A stretch of DNA of 21,502 nt from a virus (lineage: Duplodnaviria > Heunggongvirae > Uroviricota > Caudoviricetes). The notes below the pieces were generated by a model. It was given only the letters and a program-made list of their open reading frames with translations. It did no database searches and was not told where the DNA came from. The stretch lies in the IMG/VR virus record IMGVR_UViG_2541047680_000007. One strand, 5' to 3'. This document shows, piece by piece, positions 1 to 8,676 of the stretch. How positions within the stretch are numbered: position 1 is the first letter of the stretch; each line of letters begins with the position of its first letter. Made by a program: the position numbers and the translations under genes.

Positions 1-368
1 CTGTTTCCGTTGACGAAGTTCACCGCATCCAGAAAACGGGCGTAAACCTTACGCCTGACCACCGTTCCGCCGACCAGACTCTGCAGATCTTCCGCCATCC
101 CGGTGACCATACCGTACAGGTTAGAAACCGTCAGCGTGGGGCGCGTACTGGTGCCTTTGCCATTCAGTTCAAAACCGCTCCCCTGAATGGGATACGCCTG
201 ATACTGCCGCCCCTGCCAGGTGACCGGCTCACCTTTTTCGTTCTGCTCATTACAGAAAAAATAACGTTCTCCACCGACCTCTGTCAGATCGATCTCCCAG
301 AGCACCACGCTGGCCGACTGCTCCGCACGGGTGCATTCATTCAGTGTTTCCTGCCGGATATCCTGCAT
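1..368 (-). CDS. L: Minor tail protein L, N-terminal part only (gene continues beyond the window start)
   Basis: Minus-strand frame starts at ATG 368..366, overlapping the M stop codon in an ATGA arrangement. Translation begins MQDIRQETLNECTRAEQSASVVLWEIDL..., matching remembered lambda gpL. Lies in the expected lambda gene order after M. Confidence 0.85.
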   Translation of the reverse strand, partial: MQDIRQETLNECTRAEQSASVVLWEIDLTEVGGERYFFCNEQNEKGEPVTWQGRQYQAYPIQGSGFELNGKGTSTRPTLTVSNLYGMVTGMAEDLQSLVGGTVVRRKVYARFLDAVNFVNGN

Positions 369-697
369 CAGTTCACCACCTGTTCAAACTCTGCGCTGAA
401 CTCAACACGCAGCATACTGACCCGCGACGACCATTTTGCGCAGGTCACCTTTATCTGCCGCCACTCATAAGGCGGCGTCCACAGAAAGGCCTTCCAGCCC
501 CCGTGCTCAGCCAGAAACGACTCCAGCGCCGTGGCCTCCTCACGGGAGACAGACAGCGTCACGCTGTACGTTTTCAGGTCAGCGTTCAGCCCGGCAGGCG
601 CACGCTGGGAATAGCCATCACCAAAGCGCACCTCCCTGACGGAAGGAGCCGATGTCACATCCATCCCGGGTTTCACTTTCCAGCGGAAGGTTTTCAT
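368..697 (-). CDS. M: Tail tip assembly protein M
   Basis: 109-aa ORF MKTFRWKVKPGMDV...RVEFSAEFEQVVN, near-identical to remembered lambda gpM in sequence and length. Overlaps the H stop and the L start. Confidence 0.9.
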   Translation of the reverse strand: MKTFRWKVKPGMDVTSAPSVREVRFGDGYSQRAPAGLNADLKTYSVTLSVSREEATALESFLAEHGGWKAFLWTPPYEWRQIKVTCAKWSSRVSMLRVEFSAEFEQVVN

Positions 698-3255
698 CGT
701 CCACCTCCGGAGAACAGGCCACCATCACGCATCTGTGTCTGAATTTCATCACGGGCACCCTTGCGGGCCATGTCATACACCGCCTTCATCATCTGTGGAC
801 CTGGCAGACCATTCGTACCGTCGTTCTGAATCACCACGTGATTGTTCTGATTAAAATTAATGCCTTCAGCCCGCCGCATCTGCGCCGGACTTCCGGCACC
901 GCCCACATAACCACCTTCCGCATAGCCCCGCATTAGGCGGTACAGGTTGCCGACACCAATCCGGCTGGTTGCCTCCTTCGTGAAGACAAACTCACCACGG
1001 TGAACAATCCCCGCTGGCTCATATTTGCCGCCGGTTCCCGTAAATCCTCCGGTTGCAAAATGGAATTTCGCCGCAGCGGCCTGAATGGCTGTACCGCCTG
1101 ACGCGGATGCGCCGCCACCAACAGCCCCGCCAATGGCGCTGCCGATACTCCCGACAATCCCCACCATTGCCTGCTTAAGCAGAATTTCTGTCATCATGGA
1201 CAGCACGGAACGGGTGAAGCTTCGCCAGTTCTGCTCACTGCCGGTCAGCATCGCCGCCATATTATGCGCAATACCATCAAAGGTCTGCGTGGCAGCACTT
1301 TTAACCTGCGACATACTGTCCGTGGCGCTCTCTTCCCACTCACTCCAGCCGGACTTCAGGCCTGCCATCCAGCTCCCGCGAAGCTGGTCTTCAGCCGCCC
1401 AGGTCTTTTTCTGCTCTGACATGACGTTATTCAGCGCCAGCGGATTATCGCCATACTGTTCCTTCAGACGCTGTTCCGTAGCTTCCCACGCTGCCTGCCG
1501 CTCAGTCAGCCCCCGGCTTTTCGCATCAATGGCGGCCCGTTTTGCCCGTTGCTGCTGTGCGAATTTATCCGCCTGCTGTACCAGTTCGTTCAGCCGTTTC
1601 TGGTGTTCAATCTTATCGCCAAGTTCAGCCAGCTGGCGTTTGTACTCCAGCGTCTCATCTTTATGCGCCAGCAGGGATTTCTCCTGTGCAGACAGCTGGC
1701 GACGTTGCGCCGCCTCCTCCAGTACCGCGAACTGACTCTCCGCCTTCCACAAATCCCGGCGCTGCTGGCTGATTTTCTCATTTGCTCCGGCATGCTTCTC
1801 CAGCGTCCGGAGTTCTGCCTGAAGCGTCAGCAGGGCAGCATGAGCACTGTCTTCCTGACGATCGCCCGCAGACACCTTCACGCCGGACTGTTTCGGCTTT
1901 TTCAGCGTCGCTTCATAATCCTTTTTCGCTGCCGCCATCAGCGTGTTGTAATCCGCCTGCAGGATTTTCCCGTCTTTCAGTGCCTTGTTCAGTTCTTCCT
2001 GACGGACGGTATATTTCTCCAGCGGCGTCTGCAGCCGTTCGTAAGCCTTCTGCGCCTCTTCGGTATATTTCAGCCGTGACGCTTCGGTATCGCTCTGCTG
2101 CTGCGCATTTTTGTCCTGTTGAGTCTGCTGCTCAGTCTTCTTTCGGGCGGCTTCAAGCGCAAGACGGGCCTTTTCACGATCATCCCAGTAACGCGCCCGC
2201 GCTTCATCGTTAACAAAATAATCATCCTTGCGCAGATTCCAGATGTCGTCTGCTTTCTTAAACGCAGCCTCTGCCTTAATCAGCATCTCCTGCGCGGTAT
2301 CAGGACGACCAATATCCAGCACCGCATCCCACATGGATTTGAATGCCCGCGCAGTCCTGTCTGCCCAGGTCTCCAGCGTGCCCATGTTCTCTTTCAGGCG
2401 GCGGGTCTGGTCATCAAACCCTTTCGTTGCGGCCTCGTTCGCCGCCTGCAATGCCCCGGCTTCATCGCCGGAACGCTGCAACTGAGCAACATACGCAATC
2501 TGCTCCGCCGTCACGTTATGGAACTGGCGCGCCATCGCCGTCAGCCCCGACGTCGGGTCAGTGGTCAGCTTCCCGAAGGCTTCAGCGACCTTGTCCACCT
2601 CCACACCGGATGCAGAGGAGAAACGCGCCACACTCTGGCTGATGGACGCAATCTGAGCCTCACCGCTTACCCCCGCCTTAACCAGTGCACTGAGTGACTC
2701 GCTGGTCTGGTTAAACGTCAGCCCTGCCGCCTGCCCGGCTCTGGACAGGACCAGCATACGATCTGCCGTCAGACCCGACTGATTACCGGAAAGGACCAGC
2801 GTTTTGTTGAAATCGGACAGGGTTGAGTTACCCTGATACCAGGCATACGCCAGCGCACCGGTCGCCACCGCCAGCGAGGTGGCCCCGACCATCGGCAGGG
2901 TGATCGCACCGGCAAGCCCCCGGAACATGGGGATCATCCCGCCGAAGGAGTCCTTAACCTGACCACCCTGTTGCAGCAGGATCAGCCACGGGCTTTGCCC
3001 GCCTGCAAGCTGCGTGGCCACGTCGGTGAACTGTGCAGGCAGCATACGCATGGCGGCTTTATACTGCCCGACGGAAATCCCCGCTTTCTGTGCAGCCAGC
3101 GCCTGTCGGCTCAGCGACTGTTCAACGACTGCCGCTGTTTTTTTCGCATCAGTTTCCGTACCGGAAAAATGACGCCTGACTCTGGCCATCTGCTCGTCAA
3201 ATCTGGCCGCATCCAGACTCAAATCAACGACCAGATCGCCTACCGGTTCAGCCAT
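694..3255 (-). CDS. H: Tail tape measure protein
   Basis: 853-aa ORF, the same length as lambda gpH. Long coiled-coil Q/A/E/K-rich centre and glycine-rich C-terminal region; N-terminus MAEPVGDLVVDLSLDAARFDEQ matches remembered lambda H. Confidence 0.93.
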   Translation of the reverse strand: MAEPVGDLVVDLSLDAARFDEQMARVRRHFSGTETDAKKTAAVVEQSLSRQALAAQKAGISVGQYKAAMRMLPAQFTDVATQLAGGQSPWLILLQQGGQVKDSFGGMIPMFRGLAGAITLPMVGATSLAVATGALAYAWYQGNSTLSDFNKTLVLSGNQSGLTADRMLVLSRAGQAAGLTFNQTSESLSALVKAGVSGEAQIASISQSVARFSSASGVEVDKVAEAFGKLTTDPTSGLTAMARQFHNVTAEQIAYVAQLQRSGDEAGALQAANEAATKGFDDQTRRLKENMGTLETWADRTARAFKSMWDAVLDIGRPDTAQEMLIKAEAAFKKADDIWNLRKDDYFVNDEARARYWDDREKARLALEAARKKTEQQTQQDKNAQQQSDTEASRLKYTEEAQKAYERLQTPLEKYTVRQEELNKALKDGKILQADYNTLMAAAKKDYEATLKKPKQSGVKVSAGDRQEDSAHAALLTLQAELRTLEKHAGANEKISQQRRDLWKAESQFAVLEEAAQRRQLSAQEKSLLAHKDETLEYKRQLAELGDKIEHQKRLNELVQQADKFAQQQRAKRAAIDAKSRGLTERQAAWEATEQRLKEQYGDNPLALNNVMSEQKKTWAAEDQLRGSWMAGLKSGWSEWEESATDSMSQVKSAATQTFDGIAHNMAAMLTGSEQNWRSFTRSVLSMMTEILLKQAMVGIVGSIGSAIGGAVGGGASASGGTAIQAAAAKFHFATGGFTGTGGKYEPAGIVHRGEFVFTKEATSRIGVGNLYRLMRGYAEGGYVGGAGSPAQMRRAEGINFNQNNHVVIQNDGTNGLPGPQMMKAVYDMARKGARDEIQTQMRDGGLFSGGGR

Positions 3256-4086
3256 ACCGGACTCCTCCTGCGATCCCTTCTGATACTGTCATCAGCATTA
3301 CGTCATCCTCCGTCATGTCCGCCACATCCGGGGAAACGGGGATAACTTCATTCCCGTCCGGGCCAAAACGAACGCCTCCGGCAAGCCCTGCCGCTTTCTG
3401 CATCAGCACATCATCTTCAGGCTCTTCGTCAGCCTCGCGCCGGTTCAGCAGACTGAAATCCAGCGGATGCATATCCGGATCGCTGAAAAACAGGCTGAGT
3501 ACGGTGTACGTCAGCCCGGAAAAGTGCATATCCAGCAGAACATCATGAAAATAATGGGTACTGTAAAAGCGGTGCCAGTCGGCATACTCCGTGGATGACA
3601 TCCCGGCAAGCATGGCGCGCCAGTCGGGTCGCCCCATCTCACGCGCCAGTTTCAGGGCAAAACTCAGCTCACCGTCGAACACTTTCCCGCAGAAACAGGC
3701 TCTGCAGGCCCGGCGTCATCTGCCTGTTCAGGGGCATTATTCACCACAAACTCAGACATTCCGGACAGACGTAACACCACGTTTTCAGCCTGAGCAATTG
3801 CCTCCGTGGGCCAGGTGGTAAGCACTTCCTGCTCAATCTGTTTAACGGCTTCATTCATGGAAGGCTGCTTTGTCTTCTGCGGATGGTTATGCCACAGGGA
3901 CATCGCCACCACAAAAGCACCGGTTCTGATGGCGTCTTCCACAGTAACCTGCCGGTTGCTGTCTGACTCCGCCTGTTCTGCCTGCTGTTTCATCAGGGCG
4001 AGATGCTCAATACGCTGCAGGGCTGACAGTTCAGAAAGCGTGACGGTCACGCCGTTATGTTCAAATGATTCGGTTTTCAGGAACAT
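3248..4086 (-). CDS. T: Tail assembly protein G-T fusion, made by programmed -1 ribosomal frameshift from G into the T frame
   Basis: The T frame (3248..3682, MFDGELSFALKLAREMG...) has no independent start context and overlaps the G 3' end. Minus-strand sequence ...CTGCGGGAAAGTGTTCGAC... contains the canonical slippery heptamer G GGA AAG exactly where the -1 frame continues as VFDGELSF. Confidence 0.8.
3664..4086 (-). CDS. G: Tail assembly chaperone G
   Basis: 140-aa ORF ending ...SAGKCSTVS, located between V and the T frame. A slippery heptamer lies near its 3' end. Confidence 0.88.
   Translation of the reverse strand: MFLKTESFEHNGVTVTLSELSALQRIEHLALMKQQAEQAESDSNRQVTVEDAIRTGAFVVAMSLWHNHPQKTKQPSMNEAVKQIEQEVLTTWPTEAIAQAENVVLRLSGMSEFVVNNAPEQADDAGPAEPVSAGKCSTVS
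3682..3688 (-). other. Slippery heptamer GGGAAAG (programmed -1 frameshift site for G-T)
   Basis: Plus strand 3682..3688 is CTTTCCC, i.e. GGGAAAG on the coding strand, in the G/T overlap. Confidence 0.75.
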
Positions 4087-4101
4087 CGCTGACTCTCCGG
4101 A

Positions 4102-4872
4102 TTAACTGGCGGTGACGGTGATTTCTGCAACCGCAGCAAGTTCACCATTACCGGATACAACCGGAATGTTGACCTTGCCTGCAGCAACGCCGTTCACGGT
4201 GATGGTCATACCACTGACCGACACGGTGGCTTTTGTTTTATCCGCAGACACCGCACGGAAGCTCTTGTCAGTTGCGCCCTCCGGCTGGAAGGCCACGGTC
4301 AGCGTGGTGCTCTGCCCTTTCACCACCGAGGAGCTGGCAGGCGTCACGGTCATACCGGTTGCCGCCGTCACCGTACTGCGATCTTCTGCCATTGACGGAC
4401 GGCCCACATTGGTGACCTTCACCGTACGGGTGATCACTTCCTTCGCCGTCACCGCCTTACCGATACTGCTGACCCAGCCACGGAACACATCGACCGTGCC
4501 GTTCGGAAAGCGGATTTTATAGGCACGGGTATCACCTTCATTAAACCACGCCAGCAGCGCCTGCTGCCCCTGCTCTCCGGGCATCCACGCCAGCGTGAAG
4601 CTGGTATCTCCGGCTGACTTCTGCCCCTGTCCGGTCGCGGTCCAGTCCGCATCTTCATCATCGAGATAACTGTCGTCATAGGACTCAGCGGTCAGTTCGC
4701 CGGGCGTCAGGTCTTTAACTTTAGCCAGACGCGACCAGTCAACGTCTGAAAGCGGGTTCGCATAAGGGTCACCGTTCCCCTTATAAACCCACAGAGTGGT
4801 TCCGGCACCTTTCACCGGCATTGTTGGATTTGGTACAGGCATAGCGTCCTCACATTTCATAGGTAATGACAT
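4102..4872 (-). CDS. V: Major tail tube protein V (with C-terminal Ig-like extension)
   Basis: 256-aa ORF in the lambda V position between U and G. C-terminal part ...[70 protein letters not shown]... has an Ig-like (Big_2-type) pattern. Confidence 0.88.
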   Translation of the reverse strand: MSLPMKCEDAMPVPNPTMPVKGAGTTLWVYKGNGDPYANPLSDVDWSRLAKVKDLTPGELTAESYDDSYLDDEDADWTATGQGQKSAGDTSFTLAWMPGEQGQQALLAWFNEGDTRAYKIRFPNGTVDVFRGWVSSIGKAVTAKEVITRTVKVTNVGRPSMAEDRSTVTAATGMTVTPASSSVVKGQSTTLTVAFQPEGATDKSFRAVSADKTKATVSVSGMTITVNGVAAGKVNIPVVSGNGELAAVAEITVTAS

Positions 4873-5245
4873 AAGTCAGATCGGCTGAACTCCACAGGCC
4901 CGCATCATCGTCGCGCCGGTAGTCATAGCCACTGGCCACCATACTGGTGATCAAATCTGACAGTGCCGGGATATCGCTCATCACCGGATAAATCCGGGAC
5001 TCCATCCACGAATCCAGCTCTGAATCCGGCACCTGAGCAGGCAGGAAAACTTCAATATGCAGCTCCGCCTGCCAGGTATCGCTGTCCAGCTCTTCGCCCG
5101 TGTATTCAGCGCCAGTGAGATAAACGGCAATTGCCGGAAAATCTTCCTCATCAAAAACAGCGGGGCGACCATCAAAAAGCGTCGCCCCGGTGTCATGCTT
5201 CTCCAGTGCATCCAGTACGGCTGCACGGAGTTCAGTATGTTTCAT
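4850..5245 (-). CDS. U: Tail terminator protein U
   Basis: 131-aa [70 protein letters not shown]..., near-identical to remembered lambda gpU and the same length. Confidence 0.9.
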   Translation of the reverse strand: MKHTELRAAVLDALEKHDTGATLFDGRPAVFDEEDFPAIAVYLTGAEYTGEELDSDTWQAELHIEVFLPAQVPDSELDSWMESRIYPVMSDIPALSDLITSMVASGYDYRRDDDAGLWSSADLTYVITYEM

Positions 5246-5820
5246 CGCTTTATTACCATTCTCAGTTGATGCTGCAGCGCATAGTCCAGCTCTTTCGGAA
5301 GACGTTCACGCCGTATCCGCTCAATATTCTGTTTAAACGCCGTGGTCAGCGGCACCGCCATCGGGATTTTCACCACATCAATGGGGTAACGGTTTTTCCC
5401 GGCCACACGCTGCATGACATGCCACCGGCCATTTTTCAGTTGCTGAATAAACGCGCCGGGAATACGACGGTTTCCCGCCACAAGCACGCTGCCGCCACCT
5501 TTCAGGGATGAACGCTGCCCCTTTTTACGACGCCTGCGTCGGGACAGGACAACCCGCGCGTTACCCAGCTTGATTACGGGCAAATCCCCCCGGTTAACTT
5601 TGATTCTGGCCTGCGGATTTTTGACCGTGGCCCTTTTCAGCCTGGCCCTTTCCTTTACCAGTTTCCGGCGTACCTTTGTCTCACGGGCAACCTGTGACGC
5701 AGACTGCGATATCGCGGATGACGCAACGCGGTTAATGGCCATTGCGGCGGCACCAGGCACTGCCGTTTTGCTGATACGGCTGAGGTTTTCAACGGCCTGC
5801 TCAAGACCTTTTATGGCCAT
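5242..5820 (-). CDS. Z: Tail completion protein Z
   Basis: Track ORF 5242..5886 trimmed to the internal ATG at 5820..5818 (MAIKGLEQAVENLSRISK...), giving 192 aa like lambda gpZ. The 22 codons upstream overlap FII and are probably not translated. Confidence 0.85.
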   Translation of the reverse strand: MAIKGLEQAVENLSRISKTAVPGAAAMAINRVASSAISQSASQVARETKVRRKLVKERARLKRATVKNPQARIKVNRGDLPVIKLGNARVVLSRRRRRKKGQRSSLKGGGSVLVAGNRRIPGAFIQQLKNGRWHVMQRVAGKNRYPIDVVKIPMAVPLTTAFKQNIERIRRERLPKELDYALQHQLRMVIKR

Positions 5821-5831
5821 ACATCCCCCTT

Positions 5832-6185
5832 TCAGCGGCGACGGCTGGCGGCAGGTGGTTGCCCCCGGTTGAGCCAGAGATAACAACTCCCTCCGTCATC
5901 CGGAGAAACACGGTCCACCCAGAACATCTCGCCGTTAATGGTCAGCGTGTCACCACGCCGTACAGCACAAACCGTATCCGTAAGCACAAATAATGACGGG
6001 TTACTTCCTTCAATACGGATCCCACTACTGGCAAAACCCAGCGACTCCGGATCGTCAAAAACGCCATGAACCTCGCCGCCACGCTGTGCACCGGAGGTGA
6101 ACTGCGCACTGATGCCCATCACTTCAACAATCGTACTGTCCACCCCGGCAAGGGCGGCATCAAAGGCATTCTGAAAATCACGCAT
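5832..6185 (-). CDS. FII: Head-tail joining protein FII
   Basis: Trimmed to ATG 6185..6183 (MRDFQNAFDAAL...), 117 aa as in lambda FII. C-terminal motif FWVDRVSPDDGGSC...RRR is shared with lambda FII while the N-terminal part diverges. Confidence 0.8.
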   Translation of the reverse strand: MRDFQNAFDAALAGVDSTIVEVMGISAQFTSGAQRGGEVHGVFDDPESLGFASSGIRIEGSNPSLFVLTDTVCAVRRGDTLTINGEMFWVDRVSPDDGGSCYLWLNRGQPPAASRRR

Positions 6186-6552
6186 AAACAGCCATTCCAC
6201 CATCAACGTGTGTTTTTGCATCTGAGGACATAATCAGAATCACCCGACCAACATCCGCAAGCTCAACGGATTCCCCCGTTTCACCATCAACGCCACAGAG
6301 ATGGAGGCAGGTCAGAACTCTGATGCGCGTTAACGCGCCGGATGTTTCCTCACGAACATCATGAGCCGCGGTTTCCCGCTCCCGGATATCCATATTCATA
6401 ACCTGTACATCATCGCCGGATGACTGCATTTCCTCTTCCCATTCTGCCACCCGCTGCGCTATCTCTGCGGCACTCCCGGATATATCCGGCTCACGCCCCA
6501 GAATCAGGGCCAGTTCATCAAGCCGTTTCAGATTTTGCTCTTTCGTTGCCAT
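6178..6552 (-). CDS. FI: DNA packaging accessory protein FI-like
   Basis: Positional homolog between E and FII. Start chosen at ATG 6552..6550 (MATKEQNLKRLDELALIL...), preceded by the Shine-Dalgarno-like AGGGGGC; acidic central region as in lambda FI. Sequence similarity to lambda FI is weak, so the call is mainly by position. Confidence 0.65.
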   Translation of the reverse strand: MATKEQNLKRLDELALILGREPDISGSAAEIAQRVAEWEEEMQSSGDDVQVMNMDIRERETAAHDVREETSGALTRIRVLTCLHLCGVDGETGESVELADVGRVILIMSSDAKTHVDGGMAVYA

Positions 6553-6603
6553 ATCAGCCCCCTGTGAAAAAAGACACGGGGGCATTTCGCCCCCGCTCAC
6601 GGA

Positions 6604-7632
6604 TTATTTCACCTGTACCACCACAAACTCATCCGGGTCCGGCAACACCATCAGCGGCGCGGACTGCGTCATGGTAAATTCACGGGCGGGATCCCCTACC
6701 GTCAGCCAGTGTTTCGGATAACGGGAAGAGGCCACCACACCTTCGGACAACGCCTGAGCATCCTGAATGGCACCGTAACAACGGATCCCATCTGCAGCAG
6801 TATTCCCCAGAACCAGCATGCCATCTGGAAGATAACGTTTTTCGATACCGTCTTCTGCTATATAAGACGTTTTCGCCACCACAATGGCCAGATCGCCGTA
6901 ATACCCCTTGAAGGACACCACTGCGCCCAGATCTTTCACTGCCGTTTCGAGTTGAGAATTTGAACCGCGACGGGTATCCAGTTTTTCGCGGAACAGCTTA
7001 AAACCATTCAGAAGACGCCAGACGGTACCGTCCATAATGGCAATATTCACAAGACCGCTGGCCAGGTCGCAGTAGAGGTCAATATCATGTGTAGGATCGA
7101 ACGTGTCACGATCCTGTTTTGACCACTCCTTACCACTACCCTGAGTGATGTTATTCTTCGTCGACCTGCCAAAATCGACCTCAATTTTCTCGAACTGGTC
7201 TCCTTCCATGGTGTATTTGCCATACAACACAGCATTTACCGCCTGCATTTCTTCCACCTGGACAATCGCGTGCTCTTCCTGTTTGAGGTTATCGGTAATG
7301 ATACGCAGACGGCGGTAAGCCGGATCATTCAGTTGAGATGGATCTTCACCAGGAAGGCGCTCAACCGCCTGCTGGTAATTAAATTCGTGTTTCGGCTTGA
7401 CGTAGCCCGGACGCAACACGCGGGTTTCACCACCACGATGACGCAGCACTTTTCCTTCAACAACCGGGGAGACATAGGCCGCCACCGGCGTTTTTCCGGT
7501 AATTTTGTCCAGCATCACCTCTTCGGTATGGAAATTCACCGTACGGCGGAAAAACAGCTCCAGAAACAGCGCACGAAATTTAACTTTTTGTTCGGTATAA
7601 CCGAGTAACTGGCGGGTCGTAAACAATCCCAT
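6604..7632 (-). CDS. E: Major capsid protein
   Basis: 342-aa ORF (lambda gpE is 341 aa). Conserved blocks RGG, PGYVKPKHE, DPAYRR, VEEMQAV, GKYTM, NNITQ, EWSK, LDTRRGSNS, LETAVKDLG, TGDPAREFTM, QSAPLM, ADPDEFV match remembered lambda gpE, roughly 55-60% identity by eye. Confidence 0.92.
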   Translation of the reverse strand: MGLFTTRQLLGYTEQKVKFRALFLELFFRRTVNFHTEEVMLDKITGKTPVAAYVSPVVEGKVLRHRGGETRVLRPGYVKPKHEFNYQQAVERLPGEDPSQLNDPAYRRLRIITDNLKQEEHAIVQVEEMQAVNAVLYGKYTMEGDQFEKIEVDFGRSTKNNITQGSGKEWSKQDRDTFDPTHDIDLYCDLASGLVNIAIMDGTVWRLLNGFKLFREKLDTRRGSNSQLETAVKDLGAVVSFKGYYGDLAIVVAKTSYIAEDGIEKRYLPDGMLVLGNTAADGIRCYGAIQDAQALSEGVVASSRYPKHWLTVGDPAREFTMTQSAPLMVLPDPDEFVVVQVK

Positions 7633-7656
7633 AAATCAGTTCCTTTCATTCAGAAA

Positions 7657-7674
7657 TCAGTCAGGCCACCGCGG
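7657..7674. repeat. Perfect 18-bp palindrome AGGCCACCGCGGTGGCCT in the D-E intergenic region (potential RNA hairpin)
   Basis: Read directly from the sequence; self-complementary across its full length. Sits between the D stop (7690) and the E start (7632). Confidence 0.6.
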
Positions 7675-7689
7675 TGGCCTGATAACGTG

Positions 7690-8037
7690 TTACGGCAGCG
7701 CCGCGTGACTCAGGGCACTGCCAGCAAAGGCGTTGGCCTTTTTGTGTTCATCCACACTTTCAGGCCAGTGGATTGCCTCCGTCGCAAAGGTTCCCGACTT
7801 GTAATACGTCAGCGCCGTCTCTGTGCCTTCAAGCGGCAGTACCAGTATGCCAACCGCACTACCGGCTTTCTGTCCGTCCCAGACCACCAGTTTCCCGGTG
7901 GCTTCATCCAGCATCAGGGGCGTCAGTGCCGGTGTTGGCGAGGAAATCCCGCTGCTGCCTGTGGCGGTATGAGCCGGATCATTACCGGCAAAAATACGTA
8001 CTTCCGCACGCTGTTCAGTGATGGTTTTCGTCACCAT
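7690..8037 (-). CDS. D: Capsid decoration protein D
   Basis: 115-aa ORF with motifs DPAHTAT, TPLMLD, KLV.WDG, AVGIL, YKSGTF, WPE, AFAG matching remembered lambda gpD, in the lambda D position. Confidence 0.85.
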   Translation of the reverse strand: MVTKTITEQRAEVRIFAGNDPAHTATGSSGISSPTPALTPLMLDEATGKLVVWDGQKAGSAVGILVLPLEGTETALTYYKSGTFATEAIHWPESVDEHKKANAFAGSALSHAALP

Positions 8038-8073
8038 ATTGTAAAAACCTCCTATTGATGGTCAGCACTGACT

Positions 8074-8676
8074 TCATGGCATGGCCATGAGCATTTTCAC
8101 GTCCGCATCACCGTCTGCTGACGTCTGTGCCACGCCACCCTGTACCGCTGCCGGTGAATGGTTCGCCATGAAATGTTCAAACATGGCGGTTGTGGATGCA
8201 GAGACCGGTTCTGCCTTACCTGATCCCGCAGCCAGCACAGCCCGGGCGCTCTCCACTGTCATTCCCGGGCAGGCAGCCAGCTGTTCAGCCTGCGCCTCAG
8301 CCCCTTTTGCCTCATCCAGTGCCATGATCTGATCACGGAGTGATGGTCCGGCATCCGCCTGCGGTGAAGCAGCCAGGATCGGGCGGGCTTTTTCCACCGT
8401 CATCTCCGGCATCGCCGCCAGCGTTGCCGCCAGTTGTTCACGACCGTTCGCTTCTTCACACACCATAATGCGATCGGCTTCACTCTGCGTGGATGCCACC
8501 GGCTGCTGCGGTGCCGCCGCGGCCAGAATCGCCCGGGCCTGTTCAACGCTCATGCCCTGTTGTCCTGCCAGCATCGTGGCAAGCTGTTCACGTCCTTTCG
8601 CTTCCTGGCATGTCAGGATCCCCATCACTCGCTGGTTCTCCTGCGCGGCGGCTTCCGTTGCAGTTAATTGCGGCAT
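8074..8676 (-). CDS. Nu3: Scaffolding protein Nu3-like, in-frame nested gene within the 3' part of C
   Basis: Internal ATG at 8676..8674 is preceded by a strong Shine-Dalgarno GAGGAGG at 5-nt spacing (minus strand AGAGGAGGCACTATGCCGCAA...). This gives a 200-aa in-frame product, about the size of lambda Nu3, which is likewise nested in C. Confidence 0.65.
   Translation of the reverse strand: MPQLTATEAAAQENQRVMGILTCQEAKGREQLATMLAGQQGMSVEQARAILAAAAPQQPVASTQSEADRIMVCEEANGREQLAATLAAMPEMTVEKARPILAASPQADAGPSLRDQIMALDEAKGAEAQAEQLAACPGMTVESARAVLAAGSGKAEPVSASTTAMFEHFMANHSPAAVQGGVAQTSADGDADVKMLMAMP

Noticed and set aside
1085-2697. Several long plus-strand ORFs (1085..1735, 1549..2079, 1782..2213, 2119..2697 and others) overlapping the tape-measure gene
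   Set aside because: They are antisense to a confidently identified 853-aa gene, have low-complexity Cys/Ser/Arg/Leu-rich translations, and no recognisable family. Typical spurious frames opposite a high-GC coding region.
8260-8660. Repetitive DNA in the C/Nu3 region considered as a possible CRISPR-like or mobile repeat
   Set aside because: Repeats are in frame, imperfect, and encode an Ala-rich tandem protein repeat in the scaffold domain; no spacer/repeat architecture.
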